Assembly (NCBI GenBank): GCA_017460805.1
Contig: JAFUAF010000020.1
Location: 259 to 64,258, forward strand
Direction of reading: 5' to 3'
Source of the DNA: Bacillota bacterium
GTDB lineage: Bacteria; Bacillota; Clostridia; Lachnospirales; CAG-274
DNA length: 64,000 nt
Under the pieces are notes generated by a model. The model made no database searches, was not told where the DNA came from, and saw only the letters and a program-made list of their open reading frames with translations. Position numbers and translations under genes: made by a program. Shown one piece after another: positions 46,160 through 54,905 of this stretch (positions are counted from its first letter, which is position 1; each line of letters opens with the position of its first letter).

Positions 46160-48412
46160 ATGGACGAATTGACTATATCGGGCAGTGTGGAAAATATAAT
46201 ATATACAAATTCCGAAAACGGGTATACTGTACTCAACCTCCTTTTGGACGATGAAAAGGAGGATGTTTTTGTGTGCTGTGTCGGCTATCTTCCCGATATT
46301 GTCATGGGCGAGAGCCTGACAGTTGTCGGCCGCCGCGTTCGGCATCCGTCCTACGGCGACCAGCTGGAGGTCATTTCCTACAAAAAAAGCCTGCCCGTGA
46401 CCGAAAAGGCGATAGAGCGCTATCTTTCAAGCGGTATCGTCAAGGGCATAGGCAAGCGCATGGCAAAAAAAATAGTCGATAAATTCGGCCGCGATACCCT
46501 TATGATAATAGACACAGAGCCGCATAAACTGGCGGATATAAAGGGCATAAGCATGACCAAGGCGCAGGAGATAGGCGCTGTTTTCCGTGAACAGGGCGAG
46601 CTGACCCGTGCGGTCATGTTCCTGCAGGAATACGGCGTTTCGGTCAATTTTGCCGCCAAGATATTCAAAAAATACAAGGACACCACAATAGCCGTGGTAC
46701 AGAAAAACCCCTATACTCTCGCGGACGAAATTTGGGGCATAGGCTTTAAAACGGCGGACAATATCGCAAAAAAAATGGGCATAGAGCCTGACTCCGCCTA
46801 CCGCATACAGGCGGGTATAAAATATATGCTTAATTATGCGGCATCATCGGGGCATACCTATCTGCCCGAAAGCGAGCTGACCTACCGTGTTGCCGAGCTT
46901 CTGGAAACGGCGGCGGATAATGTAAAGCAAAACTTGATGTCCATGCACGTAGCAAGCGAGATATGGATAGAAAACTCCGAAGAGCGCCGTATCTACCTTA
47001 ATTTTTATTACTATGCGGAAAGTTATATCGCAAAGCGCCTTACGGAAATGGCGGCCATGCACACTTCGGATGATAAATTTGTTGATATGGAGATACGCAA
47101 TATCGAACTTTGCGACAACATAAAATTTGCCGAGGGTCAGCTTAAAGCCATACGCGCGGCAATGACCGAGGGTGTTTTTGTTATCACGGGCGGCCCCGGC
47201 ACGGGTAAAACGACCATAATCAACGCCATTATCAGAATACTTGAACAGCAGCAGACCGTGATAGAGCTTGCCGCACCCACGGGCAAGGCATCAAAGCGCA
47301 TGAGCGAGGCAACGGGTCACGAGGCGCGCACCATACACCGCCTTTTGGGCACACAGGCGCTTGACGAAAACAGCCTGCATCAGCGTTTTACGCATAACGA
47401 GGAAGACCCGATAGACGCGGACTGCATAATCATAGACGAGGTATCTATGGTGGATGTGCCGCTTATGTACTATCTTTTAAAGGCTGTTGCGGCGGGTACA
47501 AGACTTATTCTTGTGGGCGATGCCGACCAGCTGCCGAGTGTGGGCGCGGGCAACGTGCTGCACGATATAATCTCCTCGGGACAGATAGCCTGCGCTTCGC
47601 TTAACGAGATATTCCGCCAGGCGAGCCAAAGCGCCATAGTAACCAATGCGCATAAGATAAACCGCGGCGAATACCCCGATTTTGACGATACTTCAAAGGA
47701 TTTTTTCTTTATGAAACGCTCAAATTCGGAGCAGCTTTTGAATACGCTTGCAGGCCTTGTTTCGGAGCGTCTGCCGAAATATCTCGACTGCGAGCCCTAT
47801 GATATAAAAGTGCTTGCCCCCATGCGAAAAACGCCGATAGGTGTGCAAAATCTGAATGTGATGTTACAGTCCATACTTAACCCGCCTGCCCCCGGAAAGG
47901 CCGAAAAGGAATTCCGCGGCACGATATTCCGCGAGGGCGACAGGGTAATGCAGATAAAAAACGACTATGATATAGAATGGTATGCCGTTGATTCGACGGG
48001 ACGCACGGTAGATGACGGCACGGGCGTTTTTAACGGCGACGAGGGTGTTATAAGCATTATCGACAATGCAAATAAGGCCGTTGAGGTGATATATGACGAC
48101 TGCCGCCATGTGGCTTATGATTTTACCAACCTTGACGAACTGGAGCTGTCCTATGCCGTTACCATACACAAAAGCCAGGGCAGCGAGTACAAAGCGGTCG
48201 TTATGCCGCTTTTGGGCGGACCCGAAGTGCTTATGACAAGAAACCTGCTCTATACGGGCGTAACGCGTGCAAAACAGCTTGCCGTGCTGATAGGCAGCAG
48301 GGAAAGCATCTGCCGTATGGTCGATAATAATTTGCAGGTGCAGCGCTATACGGGACTTGCGCTCAGACTGAATGAGTTTGCGGCTTTAAGGAACGGTAAA
48401 CAGGAACAGTAA
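46160..48412 (+). CDS. recD2: RecD2-type ATP-dependent DNA helicase (SF1B)
   Basis: Walker A GGPGTGKTT, Walker B IIIDEVSMVD, and N-terminal ..ENIIYTNSENGYTVLNL.. typical of RecD2. The ORF-track ATG 46130 lies inside the -10 box, so ATG 46160 (GGTGG 5 nt upstream) is preferred; 46148 is also possible. Confidence 0.88.
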   Translation: MDELTISGSVENIIYTNSENGYTVLNLLLDDEKEDVFVCCVGYLPDIVMGESLTVVGRRVRHPSYGDQLEVISYKKSLPVTEKAIERYLSSGIVKGIGKRMAKKIVDKFGRDTLMIIDTEPHKLADIKGISMTKAQEIGAVFREQGELTRAVMFLQEYGVSVNFAAKIFKKYKDTTIAVVQKNPYTLADEIWGIGFKTADNIAKKMGIEPDSAYRIQAGIKYMLNYAASSGHTYLPESELTYRVAELLETAADNVKQNLMSMHVASEIWIENSEERRIYLNFYYYAESYIAKRLTEMAAMHTSDDKFVDMEIRNIELCDNIKFAEGQLKAIRAAMTEGVFVITGGPGTGKTTIINAIIRILEQQQTVIELAAPTGKASKRMSEATGHEARTIHRLLGTQALDENSLHQRFTHNEEDPIDADCIIIDEVSMVDVPLMYYLLKAVAAGTRLILVGDADQLPSVGAGNVLHDIISSGQIACASLNEIFRQASQSAIVTNAHKINRGEYPDFDDTSKDFFFMKRSNSEQLLNTLAGLVSERLPKYLDCEPYDIKVLAPMRKTPIGVQNLNVMLQSILNPPAPGKAEKEFRGTIFREGDRVMQIKNDYDIEWYAVDSTGRTVDDGTGVFNGDEGVISIIDNANKAVEVIYDDCRHVAYDFTNLDELELSYAVTIHKSQGSEYKAVVMPLLGGPEVLMTRNLLYTGVTRAKQLAVLIGSRESICRMVDNNLQVQRYTGLALRLNEFAALRNGKQEQ

Positions 48413-48457
48413 ATAAATTTTGTTCTTGCCGCATACAATTTATACGGGAGTGATAGA

Positions 48458-49708
48458 ATGGAAGACGAAAACAAGACAACGGAAAATAAAATAACGGTCA
48501 AAGAGGCAAAAAAACTTTGTTTATCGGCTTTTACAACGGGTTTTCTGCTTGCTGTGCTGATAACTATGCTTGCTTTTTTGGCTCCCGATCTATACACGCG
48601 TTTTGTAAAGCACAAAATACCGCCGAGGGCAAAAATGACAATGATATACAATATCATGAAAAAATACTACATAGACGATATCGACAAAGACGAGATGTAT
48701 GAGGGTATGTATACGGGTATGGCGGCAATGCCCACCGATGTTTACAGCTACTACATGAGCGCGGAGGAAGCCCGCAAATACAACGAGCGCACGGACGGCA
48801 ATTATGTCGGAATAGGTGTGCAGATACAGGGCGACACCAAAACCAAGGAGTTGGAGATCGTTGATGTATACAAGGCCTCCCCTGCCTATGAAGCGGGCAT
48901 CAAAGAGGGCGATATTTTAAAAAGCGTGTCGGGCGTGGCTGTCGGTGCCGAAAATATGGATGAAGCCGTGGAAATGGTAAGAGGTCCCGAAAACACTTCG
49001 GTCGATATGGTAATTTACCGTCCCGATGAGGACAGGGATATTGATGTGACCTGTTTCCGCAAACAGGTGGATATGCCTACCGTTTACGGCAGGATGCTCG
49101 ACGGCAAAACGGGATATATACAAATAACGGGCTTTGAGGGCGTTACCCCCGAACAGTTTAGTAATGTGCTTGACGAGCTTACAAAAGCGGGCATGGTAAA
49201 ACTGGTCGTGGATGTGCGCAACAACCCCGGAGGACTTTTGTATTCCATTTCGGCTGTGGCGGATAACCTGCTGCCAAAGGGTACGCTGACATACACCGAG
49301 GACAAATACGGCAAGCGTGATTATGTCTATACCGACGATACATATATGGATATACCGATGGTAGTTTTGTGCAACGAGTACTCGGCTTCCGCGGCAGAAC
49401 TTTTTACGGGTGCCGTAAAGGATATGGGCAGAGGAAAGATAATCGGCAAGACCACTTACGGCAAGGGTATAGTGCAGACCCCGTTTACGCTTGCCGACGG
49501 CAGTATAGTAAAGCTGACCACCTCAAAATACTACACCCCGAGCGGTGTTTGTATCCAAGGTGTAGGCATAGAGCCGGATTATGATGTGGATCAGGCGGAG
49601 GATTACGAGATGCCCGACCTGGACGAAGACGAGGCTATGCCCGATGTTATAAACGACCTTCAGCTGAAAAAGGCTTTGGAGGTGCTTAACGATGAGACCG
49701 CAAAATGA
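48458..49708 (+). CDS. S41 family C-terminal processing peptidase
   Basis: 416 aa with N-terminal TM, a PDZ region and S41 catalytic region NEYSASAAELF..GKTTYGKG. Confidence 0.88.
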   Translation: MEDENKTTENKITVKEAKKLCLSAFTTGFLLAVLITMLAFLAPDLYTRFVKHKIPPRAKMTMIYNIMKKYYIDDIDKDEMYEGMYTGMAAMPTDVYSYYMSAEEARKYNERTDGNYVGIGVQIQGDTKTKELEIVDVYKASPAYEAGIKEGDILKSVSGVAVGAENMDEAVEMVRGPENTSVDMVIYRPDEDRDIDVTCFRKQVDMPTVYGRMLDGKTGYIQITGFEGVTPEQFSNVLDELTKAGMVKLVVDVRNNPGGLLYSISAVADNLLPKGTLTYTEDKYGKRDYVYTDDTYMDIPMVVLCNEYSASAAELFTGAVKDMGRGKIIGKTTYGKGIVQTPFTLADGSIVKLTTSKYYTPSGVCIQGVGIEPDYDVDQAEDYEMPDLDEDEAMPDVINDLQLKKALEVLNDETAK

Positions 49709-50588
49709 GATATATACCGCCAATATCTACTATCGTGAGATATTTGGAAAAAAGCTTGTAAAACTTTCCGTGGACGGCGGTTTTACCTGTCCCGTGCGTG
49801 ACGGCAGAATAAGCAGTGAGGGCTGTATTTTTTGCAGCGGACTGGGCAGCGGAGATTTTGCCGCAAGGGGCGGCGGTATAAAAGAACAGATAACAGAAGC
49901 CAAGGCAAGACTAAGCGAAAAATGGGGCAAGGCGGACTGTGAGTATATGGTCTATTTTCAGGCCTTTACAAACACATACGCACCTGTCGGGGTTTTGCGG
50001 GAAAAGTATTATGCCGCACTTGAAGCGGCGGATGCAAAGGCGTTATCTGTCGCTACCCGCCCCGACTGTCTCGGTGATGATGTATTGGAGTTATTGAAAG
50101 AGATCTCGCAAAAGTATTATGTTACGGTAGAACTTGGGTTGCAGACGAGTAACGAAAAAACTGCCGAATTTATCGGCAGGGGATATAAAAACGAAGTTTA
50201 TCTTGATGCCGTAAAAAGGCTGAATGATGCGGGGATAGATGTTATAACGCATATTATCCTCGGGCTGCCCGATGAGAGCAAAGAGGATATGCGGCACAGT
50301 GTGGACTTTGCCGTGAAAGCGGGCACAAAGGGGCTTAAGTTACAGCTTTTGCATATTTTAAAAGGTACGCGGCTTGCGGAGATATATGAAAAGCAGCCGT
50401 TTCGGGTGTTTGAAAAGAACGAGTATATAAATTTTGTCTGTGATATACTGGAGAGCCTGCCAAAGGACATTGTTATCCACCGACTGACAGGCGATGCACC
50501 CAAAGACCTGATGATAGAACCGTGGTGGAGTCTGGACAAAAGAAGCGTGCTGAACGGGATAAATAAACAGCTGAAAAAACGCGGGTGA
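49692..50588 (+). CDS. TIGR01212-family radical SAM protein
   Basis: 298 aa with cluster motif GGFTCPVRDGRISSEGCIFC. Overlaps the peptidase gene by 17 nt. Confidence 0.85.
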   Translation: MRPQNEIYTANIYYREIFGKKLVKLSVDGGFTCPVRDGRISSEGCIFCSGLGSGDFAARGGGIKEQITEAKARLSEKWGKADCEYMVYFQAFTNTYAPVGVLREKYYAALEAADAKALSVATRPDCLGDDVLELLKEISQKYYVTVELGLQTSNEKTAEFIGRGYKNEVYLDAVKRLNDAGIDVITHIILGLPDESKEDMRHSVDFAVKAGTKGLKLQLLHILKGTRLAEIYEKQPFRVFEKNEYINFVCDILESLPKDIVIHRLTGDAPKDLMIEPWWSLDKRSVLNGINKQLKKRG

Positions 50589-50946
50589 TGAAAACAAAAA
50601 AGAGACAGGGGGACGGTTATATCTGTCTCAGCCGAGACAGTAGAACCGTCCCCGCTGTCTCTGTGATATACCGTAAAACCTGCCAAAGGATATAGTTATC
50701 CATAGACTGACAGGCGATGCCCCCAAGACCCGATGATAGAACCATGGTGGAGCTTGGACAAAAGAAGTGTGCTGAACGGGATACATAAACAGCTGAAAAA
50801 ACGCGGGTCAAGAAAACAAAAAAGAGACAGGGGGACGGTTATATCTGTCTCCACCGAGACAGCAGAACCGTGGCGGAGCTTGGACAAAAGACAGGGGGAC
50901 GGTTATATCTGTCTCCACTGAGACAGTAGAACCGTCCCCCTGTCTC
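50440..50946 (+). repeat. tandem duplication (2.3 units, 222-223 bp period) of the radical SAM gene 3' end plus its terminator hairpin
   Basis: Unit 1 is 50440..50662, holding the last ~149 nt of the CDS, the stop and the hairpin. Unit 2 is 50663..~50869, diverged and frame-disrupted. Partial unit 3 is ~50870..50946. Anchors GTGATATA, CTGACAGGCGATGC and AGAGACAGGGGGACGG recur at +223, +223 and +222. Confidence 0.85.
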
Positions 50947-51092
50947 AAAGAACCGTCCCCCTGCCCAAACCCAAACAAAAAATCATTGAAAAAAAGTATT
51001 GTATATGATAAGATAAACTATGAGAGTTTAGAAAGCTTGCTTTCTCAACTCGATCAGTTTAATATAAGAAAGCAAAAATGGGAGTGGAACGA

Positions 51093-51989
51093 ATGAAAAA
51101 ATTCAAACTGATATACAATCCCTATTCGGGTGACGGATTTTTTCGTGATAATTTAGATACTTTTATACGCTGTATGCAGAAATACGGTTACGAGGTCACA
51201 CCGTTTTGCAGTTTTGAGGTAGGCGACATCGACAGCCACATAGCCGCTATGGACAAAAACTATGATGCCATAGGCGCGGCAGGCGGTGACGGCACGATAA
51301 ACCTGGTCGTAAACGCCATGATGCGGCATAAACTGACGGACATCCCGCTTGCACTTATCCCCGCAGGCACGGCAAATGACTTCTGCTCGTTCCTTGGCAT
51401 ACCGAAAGACATTGAGGAATGCTGTGACGTGATAGGCAAAGGCAGGACGGAATACACCGACCTTGGCCTGATAAACAATGAAAAGTATTTTATCAATGTA
51501 TGTGCGGGCGGGCTGTTCTCGGACGTTTCGCTTGAAATAGACAAGACGTTCAAAGACCTGTTCGGCAAGCTTGCTTACTATGCAAAGGGCATGGAGCAGC
51601 TTTCGGCCTTTGAGCCTATACCCATGCGTATCACCTCTTCCCACGGTATGTACGAGAACAATATAAACCTGTTTCTGGTGCTGAACTCGTCGGGAACGGG
51701 CGGTATAGAGGGTATCTCTCCGCACGCAAGCATAAACGACGGTATGCTTGATCTGGTGGCATTTGCCAATACCCCGTGGCACGAACTTCCGCCGCTCATT
51801 TTCGATTTTCTTAAAGGCGAACATCTGTTCAACGACAATGTTATCTTCTTTAAAGACAGTCATATCAAAATAGAAAACCTGTCGCCTGACAAAAGGTTTA
51901 CCACTACCGATATAGACGGCGAACGCGGTCCGGAAATGCCCGTTGAAATAAAAACAGTGCCAAACGCGCTTAAAATATTTGTAAAATAA
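51093..51989 (+). CDS. diacylglycerol kinase family lipid kinase (YegS/BmrU-like)
   Basis: NPYSG N-terminus and GGDGT motif. GGGAGTGG RBS before ATG 51093. Confidence 0.85.
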   Translation: MKKFKLIYNPYSGDGFFRDNLDTFIRCMQKYGYEVTPFCSFEVGDIDSHIAAMDKNYDAIGAAGGDGTINLVVNAMMRHKLTDIPLALIPAGTANDFCSFLGIPKDIEECCDVIGKGRTEYTDLGLINNEKYFINVCAGGLFSDVSLEIDKTFKDLFGKLAYYAKGMEQLSAFEPIPMRITSSHGMYENNINLFLVLNSSGTGGIEGISPHASINDGMLDLVAFANTPWHELPPLIFDFLKGEHLFNDNVIFFKDSHIKIENLSPDKRFTTTDIDGERGPEMPVEIKTVPNALKIFVK

Positions 51990-52023
51990 ACACTATATAC
52001 AATACGAAACAAAGGAGAAAATT

Positions 52024-53724
52024 ATGGATTTTATTACCGAGATCTCAAAAATCATAGCTTCGGCGGCAGACCTGCCCGCGGAGGAAACGGCGGCAATGAT
52101 AGAAGTTCCCGCCGACAACAAAAACGGCGACTTTGCTTTCCCTTGCTTCCGTCTTGCAAAGACTTTGAGAAAAGCACCCCCGCTTATCGCGCAGGACATA
52201 GCCTCAAAGATAGACAAGCCCGATTTTATAACCGATATACAGGTCGTAAATGCCTATATCAATTTTTATGTCAATAAGGAAGACACGGTAAAAAGCGTTG
52301 TTTCGGGCTATATCGAAAACGGCACGGATATATTTAAAAGCAGCCTTGGCGCGGGCAAAGTTATCTGTATCGACTATTCTTCGCCCAATATCGCAAAGCC
52401 GTTCCATGTTGGACATCTGCGCTCCACCGTTATCGGCAACGCGCTTAAAAACATATATACCGCCCTTGGCTACAAAGTTGTCGGCATCAATCACCTCGGT
52501 GACTGGGGCACACAGTTCGGCAAACTTATCGTTGCCTACAAAATGTGGGGCGACAAAGAGGCTGTCGAGCGTGACGATATTAAGGAATTGAGCAGAATTT
52601 ATGTACAGTTCCACAAAGAAGCCGAGGAACACCCCGAACTTAATGACGAGGCGCGTTCATGGCTTGTTAAAATGCAGGAGGGCGACAAAGAGGCTCTTGA
52701 GCTGTGGAAGTGGTTCTGCGACATAAGCATGAAAGAATTCAACCGAATTTACGACCGCCTTGGCATTACTTTTGACAGCTATGCGGGCGAAAGTTTCTAT
52801 AACGACAAAATGCAGGCCGCTGTGGACGAGATACGCGAAAAGGGGCTTCTTACCACAAGCGAGGGCGCACAGATAGTCGATCTTGAAAAGTACAATATGC
52901 CGCCCTGCCTTATTTTGAGAAGCGACGGCGGTACTCTTTACCCGACAAGAGATATTTCCGCGGCGCTTTACCGCAAAAATACTTACGATTTCTATAAATG
53001 CCTGTATATCACGGCACTTGACCAGAATTTACACTTTGCGCAGTGGTTCAAGGTACTGGAGCTTATGGGCTACGACTGGGCGGCTGACAGCCTTGTGCAT
53101 ATCCCGTTCGGCCTTGTAAGCCTTGGCGACGGCAAGTTAAGCACACGTCAGGGTCATGTAGTGCTTATGGAGGATATCCTTAATCAGGCAGTGGATAAGG
53201 CGCGCGCCATTATCGAAGAGAAGAACCCCGACCTTGAAAACAAGGACAAAGTGGCGGAAGATGTCGGTATCGGCGCTGTTATCTTTGACGATATGTTCAA
53301 TTCAAGAATCAAAAATATCGTTTTCGACCTTGACAGAATGTTGAGTTTTGAGGGCGAAACGGGACCGTATGTGCAGTATACACACGCAAGAGCCTGCAAT
53401 ATCCTTAAACGTGCGGGCTTTGAAAAGCTTGAAAAGGATATCGACTACAGTCTTATTTCGGACGAGGCAAGCGTTGCGCTGTGCAAGGCTGTCGGCGATA
53501 TGGCGGACAAGGTAAAGGAAGCCGCAGACAAGAACGAGCCGTATATCGTTTCGCGCCAGCTTATCGAGGTTTGCAAGCAGTTCAACCGTTTCTATAACGA
53601 GAACAATATCATGCAGAGCGATGACGAAACCAAAAAGGCAAGACTTGCTGTTGTTTGCGAAACACGCGACTGCATCAGATTCGGCCTTGGCCTGCTTGGC
53701 ATAAATGCACCCGAGAGTATGTAA
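52024..53724 (+). CDS. argS: arginine--tRNA ligase
   Basis: 566 aa with class I motif ..PNIAKPFHVGHLRS.. and the C-terminal anticodon-binding DALR-type region. Confidence 0.95.
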   Translation: MDFITEISKIIASAADLPAEETAAMIEVPADNKNGDFAFPCFRLAKTLRKAPPLIAQDIASKIDKPDFITDIQVVNAYINFYVNKEDTVKSVVSGYIENGTDIFKSSLGAGKVICIDYSSPNIAKPFHVGHLRSTVIGNALKNIYTALGYKVVGINHLGDWGTQFGKLIVAYKMWGDKEAVERDDIKELSRIYVQFHKEAEEHPELNDEARSWLVKMQEGDKEALELWKWFCDISMKEFNRIYDRLGITFDSYAGESFYNDKMQAAVDEIREKGLLTTSEGAQIVDLEKYNMPPCLILRSDGGTLYPTRDISAALYRKNTYDFYKCLYITALDQNLHFAQWFKVLELMGYDWAADSLVHIPFGLVSLGDGKLSTRQGHVVLMEDILNQAVDKARAIIEEKNPDLENKDKVAEDVGIGAVIFDDMFNSRIKNIVFDLDRMLSFEGETGPYVQYTHARACNILKRAGFEKLEKDIDYSLISDEASVALCKAVGDMADKVKEAADKNEPYIVSRQLIEVCKQFNRFYNENNIMQSDDETKKARLAVVCETRDCIRFGLGLLGINAPESM

Positions 53725-53736
53725 AAATAAAAAAAT

Positions 53737-53783
53737 AAGGAGCTTTGAAGAAATAGCATCTTTCTTCAAAGCTCCTTTATTTG
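53737..53783. terminator. bidirectional rho-independent terminator
   Basis: AAGGAGCTTTGAAGAAA-tagcatc-TTTCTTCAAAGCTCCTT followed by TATTT. An A-run lies upstream. Confidence 0.8.
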
Positions 53784-53786
53784 AAT

Positions 53787-54305
53787 TCAGCTTTCGATAT
53801 CTTCGAGCACACGCGCAAGGTTTTCTTTGCCGATTATTTCGGTGCCGAACAGCAGATCGCTTTCGTCTGCGGAAAGGCACGAGATCGGGGTGTTAGTCAG
53901 TTCTTTCAGGCCTCCGCCGTGTTTGTAGTAAACGGCAAGGTACCCGTTTTTTTCTCCTAAATAGTAGTGCTGTCGGCTGCTGCCGTCAAGTTTTTTGACA
54001 ACAGTCAGTTTTTCTGGTGAAAAAGATGTTATTTCAAACCCGGGCATTTTCTCACGGGTCACGGTTTCGTCAAGGCCGACAAGGTAAGGCGGTATGGGTG
54101 CGAGTGCGGTCTCGGTTATGCCGTCGCCTTTGTAGTTGTAGATGTATTCTATTTGTGCGGCTTCGGTCAGGACAACGGGGGCGGCGGGAGTTATGGACGG
54201 CCGTGTTTCGGGCTCGTTGGCCTGCGGGCGGTAGGCAAAGTACCCGAGTGACAAAGCAAGAGTCATTGCCAATGCTGTGATAAGAAAGTAATGCTGTTTT
54301 TTCAT
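53787..54305 (-). CDS. hypothetical membrane-anchored protein (BofC C-terminal-like domain?)
   Basis: 172 aa from ATG 54305 (AAGGAGA RBS). N-terminal TM MKKQHYFLITALAMTLALSLGYF. The C-terminal ..YYLGEKNGYLAVYYKHGG..LKELTNTPIS.L......L..G.EI.....L...LEDIES resembles BofC-C-type domains (memory only). Confidence 0.55.
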   Translation of the reverse strand: MKKQHYFLITALAMTLALSLGYFAYRPQANEPETRPSITPAAPVVLTEAAQIEYIYNYKGDGITETALAPIPPYLVGLDETVTREKMPGFEITSFSPEKLTVVKKLDGSSRQHYYLGEKNGYLAVYYKHGGGLKELTNTPISCLSADESDLLFGTEIIGKENLARVLEDIES

Positions 54306-54331
54306 GACGGTTCTCCTTTCGTGTGGGGGGT

Positions 54332-54539
54332 AAAATTGTTGTTTAGCGGCAAACGTATGCGGGGGCTCTGCCCCCTGCACCCCTGCCCACTTTTTAGAAA
54401 AGTGGGTCAAAACATATTACGCGAATAAATATCAATTAAATTTGAAGTTATTCTCCGCGGCTATATTTAAGTGCTGCAAATGCACGGCCATTGCCCCGCG
54501 TAGGGGTGCATTTGCAGCGGGTTTAGCTACGCCGCGGTG
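54332..54539. repeat. second copy (left arm plus core) of the element at 41236..41544
   Basis: Shares AAATTG..TTTAGCGRC, GCGGGGGCTCTGCCCCCTGCACCCCTGCCCACTTTTTAGAAAAGTGGGTCAAAACATATTACGCGAATAA and CTCCGCGGCT..TTTAAGTGCTGCAAATG...CATTTGCAGCGGGTTTAGCTACGCCGCGGTG with the spoVA copy. A 22-nt motif is inserted in the apical loop. Confidence 0.75.
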
Positions 54540-54540
54540 C

Positions 54541-54599
54541 GAGACAGGGGGACGGTTCTACTGTCCCGTAGGGGACAGATAGAACCGTCCCCCTGTCTC
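54541..54599. repeat. long near-perfect hairpin element (GAGACAGGGGGACGGTTCTACTGTC family)
   Basis: GAGACAGGGGGACGGTTCTACTGTCCC-gta-GGGGACAGATAGAACCGTCCCCCTGTCTC. The same arms occur at 50601..50662, 50823..50869 and 50889..50946. Confidence 0.8.
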
Positions 54600-54696
54600 T
54601 TATAGTTATTGGCATGGGGCGGACTTATATCCTTTTGCCAGCAACTATTAAAGTTACTTATAAACAATGGCGCGCAAGCGCGTTATAGGGGTCGTT

Positions 54697-54807
54697 CGGT
54701 CATTACGGCGCGTAGCCGCGCAGGAATCGCATTGTACGGTCATTACCCCGCGCAGGGGCCGCTTCGCGGCTCAGCTCCCGGTCTACGGTCATTACCCCGC
54801 GTAGGGG
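54697..54807. repeat. three spaced copies of a 22-nt motif CGGTCATTACSSCGCGYAGSSG
   Basis: Copies start at 54697, 54737 and 54786. A fourth, CGGCCATTGCCCCGCGTAGGGG, lies at 54485..54506 inside the neighbouring element. Confidence 0.7.
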
Positions 54808-54848
54808 CTGCGCTCCAACACACTTTTGCAAAAGCAAAAGTGTGTTAA

Positions 54849-54893
54849 ATAAAAAAATCCTCTTTAAATCAGTTTTGCCCGATTTAAAGAGGA
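54849..54893 (-). terminator. rho-independent terminator of mnmA
   Basis: ATCCTCTTTAAATC-N10-GATTTAAAGAGGAT (54856..54893), with a T-run on the minus strand (plus-strand A-run 54850..54856). Confidence 0.75.
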
Positions 54894-54905
54894 TCATTCG
54901 TTTTT

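Noticed and set aside
50733-50921. 62-aa ORF MIEPWWSLDKRSVLNGIHKQLKKRG...
   Set aside because: It is the duplicated C-terminal coding remnant of the radical SAM gene reading on into hairpin repeats. It has no RBS, so it is treated as pseudogenic repeat content.
50601-50946. Possible CRISPR-like array of GAGACAGGGGGACGG repeats.
   Set aside because: The intervening 'spacers' are themselves duplicated gene sequence in a 222-223 bp tandem unit. The repeats occur as inverted pairs forming hairpins, not as uniformly oriented direct repeats.
51990-52023. T-box leader upstream of argS.
   Set aside because: Only 34 nt separate argS from the preceding gene. That leaves no room for a T-box, so argS appears co-transcribed with the upstream gene.
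54306-54410. N-terminal extension of the 207-aa ORF (MTHFSKKWAGVQGAEPP...).
   Set aside because: The extension reads through the GC-rich repeat element. AAGGAGA precedes ATG 54305, which begins a normal signal-anchor sequence.
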